NCBI GenBank assembly: GCA_963736115.1
Contig: CAVTNR010000001.1
Coordinates: 65,479-129,478, forward strand
Origin: an uncultured bacterium
GTDB lineage: Bacteria > Zhuqueibacterota > QNDG01 > DTFT01
Reading direction: 5' to 3'
DNA: 64,000 bases
The translations under genes and the position numbers were made by a program. Positions 39,603 through 49,849 of this stretch are shown in pieces (position 1 is the stretch's first letter; each line of letters opens with the position of its first letter). The notes beneath the pieces were generated by a model that was not told the origin of the DNA, made no database searches, and was given only the letters and a program-made list of their open reading frames with translations.

Positions 39603-41953
39603 GCCTGCGGCTCCACATCGGACTCCGCGACGGCCGCATCCTGTCCCGTCCTGAAGGACCCAGCCGCATGCGAAGGTCATTCCTGCGTCTGATCGGGGTC
39701 TGCTTTCTCGTGTTCGGTTTCGCCGGAAACGGACCGGCCCAGACCAGGGATGACGTGCAGGTGACGCTGGAAAGCAACGAGAGCCTGCGTTCTCTGGCCG
39801 CGAAATACCTCGGCGGCCCGAATGACTGGGAAATCCTTCTTCTGGTCAACGGACTCAAATCCCCGGATCAGCTCAGAACCGGACAGCGGCTGTGGATTCC
39901 GGTGAAACAGTTTCACAGGACCGTTGCCGGACTGGACCGCTGCAGATCCGCCATTGCGGCAGCCAATGCCGAAGGCGCGTCTATTCTGGCCACGCAACGG
40001 ATCACGGAGGCGGCGGAACTGGAGAGCCAGGCGCTCGGTCACAAGAAGCGGGGCGAACTGGCCGAAGCGCAGAAGGACGCGGATGAGGCGGCGCGGCTCG
40101 CGCAGGCCGCCCTGTCCGAGACGCGCGCGAAGCGGCTCCAGTCCGTTGCCGCGGTACTCAAGGAAAAACGGGGGACCGTTCAGAAACGGCCGCCGGATTT
40201 GCTGCGCTGGGACGACGCGGCGCTCCTGCAGGAATTGATCGAGAAGGACCGCGTTCGCACCCTGTCCCGGTCGTACGGGAACATCCAGTTCGTGGACGGC
40301 AGCAGCCTCCGCATGGACGAGAACGCCCTCATCGTCATTGAATCGTCCAAAAAGGATGTGGTGAAGAACACCAGCGCGGCGGACATTCTGGTGCTCGAAG
40401 GCGATGTCTCCGCCCTGATCCGTTCCCTGTCTTCCGGGAATCCGCTTCGCGTGTCGTCGCCCGGGGTCCAAACCGGCGTTCGGTCCCGCCATTTCATGGC
40501 CGGCCGGGATCGGAACCGGACAGCCCGTTTCTCCAATTTCGACGGAGAGCTGGACGTTTCCGCGGCCGGACGCACGGTGAAGCTGGCCGCCAATGAGGGA
40601 ACGCGGGTGAAATCCGGAGCCGCGCCGGAAAACCCGCGGAAACTGCCGGATCCTCCGATTCCCATAGAACCTCGGCCGGGGCGCTCTCTGTTCACGGATT
40701 CCATCGACTTTTCCTGGCGGCCGATTGCGGGCGCGGAATCCTTCCGCGTTGAAATCGCCGTGGACCCCGCGTTCAATACAGTGGTGAAAACCCTGGCATC
40801 CGCGGGCACCGGGGCCCGATGGTCCGATCCGGAAAACGGAACGTATTTCTGGCGGGTCCGGGCCGGAGACCGGGACCGTCTTCAGGGGCCTTTCTCCGCT
40901 CCGTCCGCCTTTACCGTACGCAAGGATCATACACCTCCGTTTCTGGAATGGAACGCGCCCGTGTCCGACACGGTCGTTTCCGGCGAACGTCTCCGGATAC
41001 ACGGAAGGGCTGAGTCCGGCGTGACGGTGACCGCGGGAGGCGACACACTGACGCTGTCACCCGGCGGCGCGTTTGTAGCGGATGTCCGGGTCGGACCCGG
41101 AAGCGGGATACTCCGCGTCGCCGCGGTCGACTCCGCCGGAAACCGGAGCGAAATCAGCCGCCGTGTGACCGTTTCCTCAGGCCCGGAACTTTTCATCCTC
41201 GATATGCAGCCGTCCGACCGAACGGCGGCGAATACCCTTACACTGGCGGGCTCCGTGAAACCGGGCGTCCGGCTGTGGCTGAATGGCCGTCCCGTGGACA
41301 TCCGGGCCGACGCCTTCCTCTTGTCCATGGCCCTTCAGGAAGGGGAGAATGTTTTCCATTTCAGGGCCGTTTCCGCAGGGGAAGATGAACAGTCCCGGTC
41401 CGTCACCGTCATTTCGGATGTCACGCCCCCGATTCTACGGATGCCGGATCCGCCGGAATACACGAACCGGCCGGAACTACGGTTCGAGGGAGATGTGTCT
41501 GAACCGTGCGATCTCCAGCTGAACGGACGGTCTGTCCCGTCCGACTCCGGTCGTTTTCTGGTGTCCGTGCGCCTCACGGACGGGCCGAATGCATTCCGGT
41601 TGGAGGCCGGGGACTTGGCGGGAAACGCGTCCGAGCGCAGGTTCATGGTTTATCTCGACACCGTGCCGCCGAACGTCGTATCGTCCTCGTTTTCCATGCC
41701 GAGGACGGCCGGGGGGGAAACAATCGAGGCGATCGTGCGGGTCGCCGACGCCGGGGCCGGGGCCGCGAGAACCGCGTCCTGCGTTGTGGAAATCCTCCCC
41801 TGCGTCATCCGGATCCCGATTCTGCTGAAGCGCGCTCCGGATTCGGACGAATATCGGGCAAGCCTGGCGGTGCCGTCCGGATGCGTCGGAGCCCCGGCTC
41901 TGAGAGACCTGACGGTCTCCGATTATCTGGGCAACACGCGGCGGATTCCGTGA
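39599..41953 (+). CDS. LysM + FecR + Ig/Fn3-like domain secreted protein
   Basis: ATGA overlap with the PKD gene (alternative start 39668). Signal peptide, LysM-like ESLRSLAAKYLG..NGLKSPDQLRTGQRLWIP, FecR-like DRVRT..IQFVDGSSLRMDENA, and Ig repeats (D.AGN.S). Confidence 0.82.
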   Translation: MSLRLHIGLRDGRILSRPEGPSRMRRSFLRLIGVCFLVFGFAGNGPAQTRDDVQVTLESNESLRSLAAKYLGGPNDWEILLLVNGLKSPDQLRTGQRLWIPVKQFHRTVAGLDRCRSAIAAANAEGASILATQRITEAAELESQALGHKKRGELAEAQKDADEAARLAQAALSETRAKRLQSVAAVLKEKRGTVQKRPPDLLRWDDAALLQELIEKDRVRTLSRSYGNIQFVDGSSLRMDENALIVIESSKKDVVKNTSAADILVLEGDVSALIRSLSSGNPLRVSSPGVQTGVRSRHFMAGRDRNRTARFSNFDGELDVSAAGRTVKLAANEGTRVKSGAAPENPRKLPDPPIPIEPRPGRSLFTDSIDFSWRPIAGAESFRVEIAVDPAFNTVVKTLASAGTGARWSDPENGTYFWRVRAGDRDRLQGPFSAPSAFTVRKDHTPPFLEWNAPVSDTVVSGERLRIHGRAESGVTVTAGGDTLTLSPGGAFVADVRVGPGSGILRVAAVDSAGNRSEISRRVTVSSGPELFILDMQPSDRTAANTLTLAGSVKPGVRLWLNGRPVDIRADAFLLSMALQEGENVFHFRAVSAGEDEQSRSVTVISDVTPPILRMPDPPEYTNRPELRFEGDVSEPCDLQLNGRSVPSDSGRFLVSVRLTDGPNAFRLEAGDLAGNASERRFMVYLDTVPPNVVSSSFSMPRTAGGETIEAIVRVADAGAGAARTASCVVEILPCVIRIPILLKRAPDSDEYRASLAVPSGCVGAPALRDLTVSDYLGNTRRIP

Positions 41954-42027
41954 GGGGGTTCCCTGCGCCGGAACCGGGCCGGCTCCGGCAGCCGCGACGA
42001 TCCATCCCATCCTGAACGAAGACGACG

Positions 42028-43719
42028 ATGAGAGCATTCGAGATTCTCAATAAAAGGCTCCTTTTTTTCACTTTTCTCGCCGCGTTCCTGCTGGTTTCGG
42101 TGCTGCCTGTCCTGATTTCAGGCTTCATCATCCTGAACCGCACCGAGGAGGAGCTCAAGAGTTCACTCAACGAAAGCAATTACCTGATCGCGCGCGCGAT
42201 CGCGGTGGAAATCAGCGACTCCAATCTGCGGCCATGGGCCGCCCTGCTCGGGGGTCTGGCTTCAGCGCCGCGCGCCGGATCCGGGCTGCCCGAATCGTTC
42301 GACGGCCTGGTGGACCAGGCGTTCCGGCAGGAGGATCAGTTGGCCGTGCTCTCGGTGCAAACGGCCGGGCGGCGGGAACCCCGTCACTACATCAACCGGC
42401 TTTTCCGCGAGGAGCTGAACCGCCAGGATCCGGACGAGCTGACCCGCCTGTTCTCCTTCCGGGAGACGGGGGAGACCGTGGGGCGGCCGGTTCTGCTCGA
42501 TTCCGGCCGTTCCGTTTTCCTGCCGGTCGAAGCGGCCGACCGCACCGGGGGAAAGCCCCTGCTCACCGTGCGCGGCGTCTTCCGGATGAATCCTTCTCTC
42601 GAGGCCTTCGATCAGGACGTCTCTCCGATGCGGCGGCAGATTTACGTGCTGGACCGGAACGGGGACGTCCTGTTCCGGAACGGATTCGCGGAAATCGGGT
42701 CGGGAAAGTCCCTGCCGTATCCTCTTTTGCCGGCCGGCGCGCGCGCCGCGTCGGTATTCCGGACCGTTGCTTTCGATTTCAACGGTGAGAAGCATCTGGG
42801 GTATGCCTATCCCATGGCCGTCACGGGATGGCGCGTCGTTTTGGTGTATCCCCAGGACAAAGCGTACGCCCTGGTTTCAGGAACGCGCCGGAGCATCCTG
42901 GCGACTTTGGGAGCCGCGGTGCTCCTCAGCCTGGCCCTGTCCTTCCTGCTGGCCTGGTTCCACTCCAGCGTGATCGTCCATGCGAAGGAGGCTCTGCAGC
43001 GGTACGCCGACAAGCTCGAGCAGACCAACGCCGAGCTGGATGCGTTCGCTTCTTCGATTTCACACGACCTGAGCGCGCCGCTCCGGCACATCATGGGTTA
43101 CGCGGACATCCTGGAGATGCGCCTCAAACCGACCCTCGATCCCAAGGATATGGGGCATCTCGAAAAGATCGCCACCGCCGCCCGGCACCTGCACGCGCTC
43201 GTACACGACGTACTCGTGTTCTCCAAGATGGGGCGCTCGGAAATCCATAAAACACGGGTGTTGCTGTCCGCGCTCATTGACGCGACCCGCGCACGGCTGG
43301 AGCCCGACATCCGCGGCCGCGCCATCGCCTGGCGGGTGGACGGCGGTGAGACGCTTTGGGGTGATCCCACCATGCTGCAGCTGGTTCTGTTCAATCTGAT
43401 TTCCAATGCCCTCAAATTCACGCGTGACCGCGAGCATCCCCTGATCGAGATCGGCGCCAGGCCCGGTCCCGAAGAGACGACCGTGTTTGTCTCGGACAAC
43501 GGCGTCGGTTTCGACAACCGGGATCAGAACAGGTTGTTCGGACTTTTTCAGCGTCTGCATGATCGTGCCGAGTTCGAGGGACACGGCGTGGGGCTCGCCC
43601 ATGTGAGGCGCATCATCGCCAAGCACGGCGGCCGAACCTGGGCCGAGAGCCGGCCCGGCCGCGGCGCCACCTTCTACTTTTCGCTCCCCGTCGATACCCT
43701 GGAACGGATTGAGAAATGA
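42028..43719 (+). CDS. Membrane sensor histidine kinase with Cache-like periplasmic domain
   Basis: Two TM helices, H-box ISHDLSAPL, N-box NLISNALKF, and G-boxes DNGVGF and GHGVGLA. Confidence 0.93.
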   Translation: MRAFEILNKRLLFFTFLAAFLLVSVLPVLISGFIILNRTEEELKSSLNESNYLIARAIAVEISDSNLRPWAALLGGLASAPRAGSGLPESFDGLVDQAFRQEDQLAVLSVQTAGRREPRHYINRLFREELNRQDPDELTRLFSFRETGETVGRPVLLDSGRSVFLPVEAADRTGGKPLLTVRGVFRMNPSLEAFDQDVSPMRRQIYVLDRNGDVLFRNGFAEIGSGKSLPYPLLPAGARAASVFRTVAFDFNGEKHLGYAYPMAVTGWRVVLVYPQDKAYALVSGTRRSILATLGAAVLLSLALSFLLAWFHSSVIVHAKEALQRYADKLEQTNAELDAFASSISHDLSAPLRHIMGYADILEMRLKPTLDPKDMGHLEKIATAARHLHALVHDVLVFSKMGRSEIHKTRVLLSALIDATRARLEPDIRGRAIAWRVDGGETLWGDPTMLQLVLFNLISNALKFTRDREHPLIEIGARPGPEETTVFVSDNGVGFDNRDQNRLFGLFQRLHDRAEFEGHGVGLAHVRRIIAKHGGRTWAESRPGRGATFYFSLPVDTLERIEK

Positions 43720-43727
43720 GCCGCTGA

Positions 43728-45149
43728 ATGGACGCCACGCGTGAACTGAAAATTCTGTACCTCGAGGACAATCCGCTCGATGTGGATCTGACCCGATCGC
43801 GCCTGGAGGCCGAAGGACTGCTCCACCGCATGACCCACCTCAGGACCCGGGCGGAGTTTCTCGATGCGATGCAGAAGGGCGGATTCGACGTCCTGATGAT
43901 CGACTATTCCGTCCCCGGTTTCGCAAGTCTGGAGGCGCTGGAAATCGCGCGCGCGCTGTACCCGGACGCGCCCATCCTCATCATCTCCGGCACCATCGGA
44001 GAGGAAATCGCCATTGACACCATGCGGCGCGGCGCGAACGATTATGTGCTCAAGAACCGCATCTCCCGCCTGTCACCGGCCCTCCGTCGCGTCGTGCAGG
44101 AAGCCGAGGACCGCCGCCGCCGCAAGGAGGCCGAGAAGGCTCAGCGGGAGGCGGAAGCCCGGTACCGGACCCTGTTCGAGGCTTCGCCGGAGGCCGTTTT
44201 CCTCATCGACGGTCAGGGCGTCATCCGGGACTGCAACCCGGAAGCGGAGCGGCTCCTGAACATACCGGCGGTGCGGATTGTGGGCCGCTCCAGCTCTGAG
44301 GTCGGATTCCTCGCGCGTTTCAGCGCCGGAGCCGCGGCGGCGTCCGTCCAAGACGCCGGTGATCCGGGCCATCCATCACCCTCCGAGGAGCGGATCGATT
44401 CGGAGGGGACCGGTCGATGGGTCGAGGTCATTCCGGGCCGCGTGCGCGTGGACGGCGGCCGGGGTTTTCAGGTGATCGTGCGCGAGATCACGGGCCGGAA
44501 ACAGGCGGACGAACGCATCCAGAACAGCCTGAGGGAAAAGGAAGTCATGCTCCGCGAGATCCATCACCGCGTGAAGAACAACCTGCAGGTCATCTGCGGC
44601 CTGCTCGCGTTCCGCAGCGGTGCGTCGGGCGTCGGGCAGGGCGGGATGTGCCTCGAGTGCCGGGACCGGATCACCACGATGGCCCTGATCCACGAGCGGC
44701 TGACCCATTCGGATGATCTCTCACGCATTCCCTTCAGAGAATCGGCCCACAGCCTGGTCAGCGAGCGCGTGCTGAGCATGCCCCCGCCCAGGCGCGTGTC
44801 CTTCGAACTGGATATCGCGGATGTCACGTTCAAACTTCCGCTGGCCGTGCCTCTGGCGCTGATCCTGAACGAACTGGTCAGCCGCGCACTGCGGAACGCG
44901 TTTCCGGACGGCCGGAAGGGGACCCTGCGGGTGAGTCTGACCGCGGACGGAGGAAACGGCTGGATCCTGGCGGTCCGGGACGACGGCGCCGTGTCGGCGC
45001 CGGAAGCCGGCGGGGATGCGGACACCGGCATGCGTCTGGTCCGCATGCTCGTCGAACAGATCCGCGGCGAAATGACCATGTCCGTGGAGAACGGAACCGT
45101 CTGCCGGTTTCGGTTTCCGGCCGTGTCCGAATCTTCGAACGGACCCTGA
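43728..45149 (+). CDS. Receiver-PAS-HisKA_2 (HWE-type) hybrid protein
   Basis: Receiver motifs ILYLEDN, DVLMIDY and GANDYVLK; PAS segment LFEASPEAVFLID; H-box EIHHRVKNNLQ. Confidence 0.9.
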   Translation: MDATRELKILYLEDNPLDVDLTRSRLEAEGLLHRMTHLRTRAEFLDAMQKGGFDVLMIDYSVPGFASLEALEIARALYPDAPILIISGTIGEEIAIDTMRRGANDYVLKNRISRLSPALRRVVQEAEDRRRRKEAEKAQREAEARYRTLFEASPEAVFLIDGQGVIRDCNPEAERLLNIPAVRIVGRSSSEVGFLARFSAGAAAASVQDAGDPGHPSPSEERIDSEGTGRWVEVIPGRVRVDGGRGFQVIVREITGRKQADERIQNSLREKEVMLREIHHRVKNNLQVICGLLAFRSGASGVGQGGMCLECRDRITTMALIHERLTHSDDLSRIPFRESAHSLVSERVLSMPPPRRVSFELDIADVTFKLPLAVPLALILNELVSRALRNAFPDGRKGTLRVSLTADGGNGWILAVRDDGAVSAPEAGGDADTGMRLVRMLVEQIRGEMTMSVENGTVCRFRFPAVSESSNGP

Positions 45150-45247
45150 ACCGGCGGCCGGGCCCGGACACGGAACCTGCGGTTTCCGCCCGGATGCGCA
45201 GCCGGAGGAAATAAAATCCATGCAATGAAGGGAGCCATCCGAAAGTC

Positions 45248-46129
45248 ATGAGCGCCATGAAAAGACGCACCTCCTCGCGGACCGCCGTCCTGCTGATCCA
45301 CTGTCCGGATCAGAAAGGGCTTGTGCTCGCAGTGACCGATTTCCTCTACAAGAACAACGGCAATGTCGTGTATCTGGATCAGCACGTGGACCCCGAACGA
45401 CGGCTGTTTTTCATGCGGATCGAATGGGAGCTCTCGGATTTCGCGATCCCGGACGATAAAATCGGAGAATTTTTCGGGGTTCTGATGGCCAAGAAGTACC
45501 GCATGAAATGGCAGTTGTACTTCTCGGACGAAAAGCCCCGGATGGCCGTGTACGTGTCCACGCTGTCTCACTGTCTGTACGACATTCTGCACCGAATGCA
45601 TTCGGCCGAGTGGAAGGCTGAATTGCCCGTGATCATCAGCAACCACCCGGATCTCGAGGCGGTGGCGCGGAAGAACGGCATCGCTTTCTCCTGCATACCG
45701 GTCACGGCCGAGAACAAGCGTGAGGCCGAGAAGGCCCAGCTCAAGGTGCTGCGGGCGCACCGCGTCGAATTCGTCGTGCTCGCGCGATATATGCAGATCC
45801 TCTCGGAGGAGTTCATCGCCCAGTATCCCAGCCGCATCATCAACATCCACCATTCCTTCCTGCCGGCGTTTCCGGGCGCCAAGCCCTACCATTCCGCCCA
45901 TGAGCGCGGCGTCAAGATCATCGGCGCGACGAGCCATTACGTCACCGGAGAACTGGACGCGGGTCCCATCATCGAGCAGGACGTGACGCGGATCAGCCAC
46001 GTGGACACGATCGACGATCTGGTCCGGAAGGGCCGGGATCTGGAGAAACTGGTTCTGTCGCGCGCGGTCTGGCACCATCTGCAGAGAAAAATCCTGACCT
46101 ACGGGAACCGGACGGTGATTTTCACGTGA
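45248..46129 (+). CDS. purU: Formyltetrahydrofolate deformylase
   Basis: N-terminal ACT (CPDQKGLV), then VVLARYMQILS, INIHHSFLPAFPGAKPY, GVKIIGATSHYVT and LDAGPIIEQD. Confidence 0.96.
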   Translation: MSAMKRRTSSRTAVLLIHCPDQKGLVLAVTDFLYKNNGNVVYLDQHVDPERRLFFMRIEWELSDFAIPDDKIGEFFGVLMAKKYRMKWQLYFSDEKPRMAVYVSTLSHCLYDILHRMHSAEWKAELPVIISNHPDLEAVARKNGIAFSCIPVTAENKREAEKAQLKVLRAHRVEFVVLARYMQILSEEFIAQYPSRIINIHHSFLPAFPGAKPYHSAHERGVKIIGATSHYVTGELDAGPIIEQDVTRISHVDTIDDLVRKGRDLEKLVLSRAVWHHLQRKILTYGNRTVIFT

Positions 46130-46204
46130 CGGTTCCGTCCGGACGGGTTTCAAGGATACATACTGTGCGGAAGCTCCCGCCTCCGCGCCGGCACCGCAGG
46201 GGCC

Positions 46205-46240
46205 AACCCGGAACCTGGAACTCGGAACTCGGAACGCAGG
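46205..46240. repeat. Heptamer tandem repeat (AACYYGG-like)
   Basis: AACCCGG AACCTGG AACTCGG AACTCGG AAC in intergenic DNA. Confidence 0.75.
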
Positions 46241-46416
46241 AATGTCCGATAGCCTCGCTGAGAAGCTTGCCCTGGACTTGATCCGGGGACGCTCGGCATA
46301 TCGGGCCAACAAACTTGGCCGGAATCGTCCGATTCAAACCCGATACCGGAATTCACTCTTCAGGGTTTCATTCATGAAAGGCTTAAGCCTGAGCTCCAAT
46401 GACGATATGCTTTCTT

Positions 46417-46447
46417 AACTATGAACCATGAACAATGAACTATGAAC
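46417..46447. repeat. Heptamer tandem repeat (AACHATG)
   Basis: AACTATG AACCATG AACAATG AACTATG AAC. Confidence 0.75.
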
Positions 46448-46465
46448 TTTTTTAACGGAGCCGCC

Positions 46466-46801
46466 ATGGGATTTTTCAGGGCCGATCAATTCAAGAGAAA
46501 GGAAGTCCTCCCCGGCATACGGGTCGGTTCCGCTTTTCTTGAAAAACTGATGCTGACGCATTTTACCATGGAGGCGGGATCCGTGGTGCCCCCGCACGCG
46601 CATCCCCACGAGCAGATCAGCTTTGTGGTGTCAGGCGAACTGGACTTCACGCTCGAAGGTGAGATGCGGCGTGTCGGCCCGGGTGAAGGGTGCGCGGTTC
46701 CAGCCGGAGTCCGGCACGAAGTGCGGGTCCTGAAACCGGCGGTGGTCATCGACTGCTGGCATCCCGTACGCGAAGATTACATCGTCGGCGATCCTGAATA
46801 A
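46466..46801 (+). CDS. Cupin domain protein
   Basis: Cupin motifs VPPHAHPHEQISFVVSG and VPAGVRHEV. ATG 46466 follows GGAG. Confidence 0.9.
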   Translation: MGFFRADQFKRKEVLPGIRVGSAFLEKLMLTHFTMEAGSVVPPHAHPHEQISFVVSGELDFTLEGEMRRVGPGEGCAVPAGVRHEVRVLKPAVVIDCWHPVREDYIVGDPE

Positions 46802-46816
46802 AGAAAGGGATTTAAA

Positions 46817-48376
46817 ATGAAAAAACGCATCGTTCTCCTGTTGCTTGCGGCCTCCTGCGCACTTTCCGCGAAGACGCAGTCTGCGAACCGAATTGTCATC
46901 AGCGCGGACATGGGAAAAGATACGATCAGCGCGTTCATCTACGGCCATTTCGCCGAGCATCTCGGCGCCTGTATTTACGGGGGCATCTGGGTCGGTGAAG
47001 ACTCGCCAATCCCGAACACCCGTGGCGTGCGGAACGATGTGGCCGCGGCCCTGCGGGAGATCAAGCCGGCCGTGATCCGCTGGCCGGGCGGGTGCTTCGG
47101 AGACACCTATCACTGGATGGACGGCATCGGCCCCCGGGAGTCGCGGCCCTCCATCGTCAACACGACCTGGGGCGGAGTCACCGAGGACAACAGCTTCGGC
47201 ACCCATGAATTCCTCGATTTCTGCGACCAGGTCGGCGCCGAACCCTACATCGCGCTGAATGTGGGAAGCGGCACGGTCCGCGAAGCCGCGGACTGGGTGG
47301 AATACGTTAATTCGGACGCAAAAAGCCCGATGACCGGGCTGAGGCGGAAAAACGGCAGGGAGAAGCCCTGGAACGTGAAGTACTGGGCGGTCGGGAATGA
47401 AAGCTGGGGATGCGGCGGCAACATGACTCCAACCTACTACTCCGACCTCTACCGGCAGTTCGCGACATACATGCGGGCCGGAAATCTCTATCGGGTGGCG
47501 AGCGGAGGGACGGATCCCGACGTCGACTGGACGGAAACGGTGATGGATCGTCTCTGCAACAATCCCCACAACGCCATCCGGTCGCTCATTCAGGGATACG
47601 CTTTCCACTATTACACATTCGCCCGCGGCTGGAACGACAAGACCTCGGCGACCCGGTTCGGAGAAGAAGAGTGGTTCGACACCATGAAGCAGACCTGGGT
47701 CATGCAGGAGAGTCTGGAGAAACACATCCGCATAATGGATCAGTACGATCCGGCCAATGCCATCGGCGTCATCGCGGACGAATGGGGCAACTGGTTCGAC
47801 GTCGAACCGGGCACGAATCCCGCGTTCCTGTACCAGCAGAACACGGTGCGCGACGCGGTCACCGCGGCCCTGTACCTCAATATCTTCAACAATCACTGCC
47901 GCAGGGTCAAAATGGCCAACCTCGCCCAGACCGTGAACGTGCTGCAGTCCGTGCTTCTGACCCGCGGGACCGAGATGGTCCGGACGCCGACCTATTACGC
48001 GATGAAGATGTTCAGTCCGCATCAGAATGCCGTTCTTCTGCCGATTGAAACGGCGTGCGAACCGCTTACGTCCGGCGGCCGGAGCATTCCGGGACTCTCC
48101 GCATCCGCGTCGCGCGACGGCAAAGGCCGCATTCATGTCTCCCTCGCCAACCTGGACCCGGTCCGGGACAAGGAAGTGCTCTGCGACCTGCGCGGAAGGA
48201 GCAAAACGGAAAGAGTGACAGGCGAGATCCTGACCGGCCGCACGCTGAATGCATACAATGATTTCGGAAAGCCGGAGGAAGTCCGGCCCGCGGCTTTCAA
48301 CGGATTCACGGTGACCGGAAACGTTGTGACCGTCCGGCTGCCCGCGAAATCCGTGGTCGTTCTCGAGCTGGAGTGA
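46817..48376 (+). CDS. Alpha-L-arabinofuranosidase, GH51
   Basis: Signal peptide; motifs IYGHFAEHLG, RWPGGCF, WAVGNESWGCGG, DEWGNW and MANLAQTVNVLQ. Confidence 0.95.
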   Translation: MKKRIVLLLLAASCALSAKTQSANRIVISADMGKDTISAFIYGHFAEHLGACIYGGIWVGEDSPIPNTRGVRNDVAAALREIKPAVIRWPGGCFGDTYHWMDGIGPRESRPSIVNTTWGGVTEDNSFGTHEFLDFCDQVGAEPYIALNVGSGTVREAADWVEYVNSDAKSPMTGLRRKNGREKPWNVKYWAVGNESWGCGGNMTPTYYSDLYRQFATYMRAGNLYRVASGGTDPDVDWTETVMDRLCNNPHNAIRSLIQGYAFHYYTFARGWNDKTSATRFGEEEWFDTMKQTWVMQESLEKHIRIMDQYDPANAIGVIADEWGNWFDVEPGTNPAFLYQQNTVRDAVTAALYLNIFNNHCRRVKMANLAQTVNVLQSVLLTRGTEMVRTPTYYAMKMFSPHQNAVLLPIETACEPLTSGGRSIPGLSASASRDGKGRIHVSLANLDPVRDKEVLCDLRGRSKTERVTGEILTGRTLNAYNDFGKPEEVRPAAFNGFTVTGNVVTVRLPAKSVVVLELE

Positions 48377-48386
48377 GGCCGGCGGC

Positions 48387-49736
48387 ATGCACGATCCGAA
48401 ACGGCCGGTTCTCCGGCGGACGGAAGGAAAAATTGAGCCTCGGCCACGGCCGGAGCGGAAGTTCCGGCACGCGCCCCGGCATACGCGGGTTTTCGCCGGC
48501 CTTCTGGCCGGACTGGCCGCCGGTTTCGCGGTCCGATTTTCGGGCCTTTCCGAAGAGACAGTCGAAGTCATCGTCCGCTGGGTGAAACCGGCCGGGGACA
48601 TCTTTCTCCGGTTGCTGTTCATGACGGTCATGCCGGTGCTGATCTCCGCCCTGTCCCTCGGTGTCGCCGGACTGGGCGATATCCGGCGCGTGGGACGCAT
48701 CGGTTTGAAAACCCTCGGGTTCACGCTGTTCGTCTCCTGCGCGGCCGTGCTGACCGGGGTTCTGGCCGTGCATGTGCTGAATCCGTCCGGCGGTCTTTCG
48801 GAAGCGGACCGGCTGGCGCTGTTGAAACGGTTCCCGGTTCCTGCATCGGCTCAGGCCGCGGGGACGCAGGCCGGCGGCGGGATGATCGATGCGCTGGTGA
48901 AAATCGTCCCGAAGAACCCGATCGAGGACATGGTCCGCGCCTTTGATCCTTCTTACACGGGCGGCGGCATTCTGGCGGTGATATTTTTTGCATTCATGCT
49001 CGGCATCGCCATGGCGATGGTCCCGCCCGAAAAAACGGCCGGCCTGAAGGCCTGTCTTGAGGGCCTTTTCGAGACCATGATGAAGCTGATCGACATCGGC
49101 ATGCGTTTCGCGCCGTTCGGAGTGTTCGCCCTGCTGTTTTCGCTTTCAGCCACCATGGGCTTTTCCATACTGGCGATCCTGTCCCGGTATGTGGCCGTGG
49201 TTCTGGCGGGCTTGCTCTTTCACCTGTTCTTTACGTATTCTGTTCTGCTTTCCGCATTCGGCCGGATGCGTCCCGGATTCTTCTTCCGGAACACGGCGGA
49301 ACTGATGCTCATTGCATTCTCCACCAGCTCGAGCAACGCGACCCTGCCGGCCGCGCTCCGGACCGCCACGGACCGGCTCGGCCTGAAAAAGGACGTCAGT
49401 CGCTTCGTGCTGACACTCGGCGCGACCGCCAATCAGAACGGCACCGCCCTGTACGAAGGCGTGACCGTGCTTTTTCTCGCGGGCTGTTTCGGAGTGCCTC
49501 TCACGTTCGTCCAGCAGATTACGGTCGTTTTGCTGTGCGTGCTGGCCGGGGTGGGCACGGCCGGCGTTCCGGGAGGATCCTTGCCGGCCGTGATCATGAT
49601 TCTGGCGGGCATCGGCGTGCCAGCCGAGAGCATGGGCATCATTCTCGGAATCGACCGCCTGCTCGACATGTCCAGGACGGTGGTGAATGTGCAGGGGGAT
49701 CTTGTCGCCGCGGCGGTCGTCAATAGAAGTTCATAG
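48387..49736 (+). CDS. Dicarboxylate/amino acid:cation symporter (DAACS, GltP-like)
   Basis: Motifs FSTSSSNATLP, GATANQNGTALY and GIDRLLDMSRTVVNVQGD; multiple TM helices. Confidence 0.94.
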   Translation: MHDPKRPVLRRTEGKIEPRPRPERKFRHAPRHTRVFAGLLAGLAAGFAVRFSGLSEETVEVIVRWVKPAGDIFLRLLFMTVMPVLISALSLGVAGLGDIRRVGRIGLKTLGFTLFVSCAAVLTGVLAVHVLNPSGGLSEADRLALLKRFPVPASAQAAGTQAGGGMIDALVKIVPKNPIEDMVRAFDPSYTGGGILAVIFFAFMLGIAMAMVPPEKTAGLKACLEGLFETMMKLIDIGMRFAPFGVFALLFSLSATMGFSILAILSRYVAVVLAGLLFHLFFTYSVLLSAFGRMRPGFFFRNTAELMLIAFSTSSSNATLPAALRTATDRLGLKKDVSRFVLTLGATANQNGTALYEGVTVLFLAGCFGVPLTFVQQITVVLLCVLAGVGTAGVPGGSLPAVIMILAGIGVPAESMGIILGIDRLLDMSRTVVNVQGDLVAAAVVNRSS

Positions 49737-49742
49737 TCGCGT

Positions 49743-49809
49743 GGTTCCGGGTTCAGGGTTCCGAGTTCCGAGTCACTGACCTGACAACCTGGAACTCGGA
49801 ACTCGGAAC
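49743..49809. repeat. Inverted heptamer-repeat element (hairpin-forming)
   Basis: GGTTCCG GGTTCAG GGTTCCG AGTTCCG faces the complementary AACCTGG AACTCGG AACTCGG AAC. Confidence 0.75.
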
Positions 49810-49849
49810 ATCGGTAGTTGTCAATTCCTTCAAAGGAGACTCCATCCGT

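Noticed and set aside
46268-46290. Short palindrome CCCTGGACTTGATCCGGGG resembling REP-type elements
   Set aside because: Only one copy in the window, so it cannot be supported as a repeat family here.
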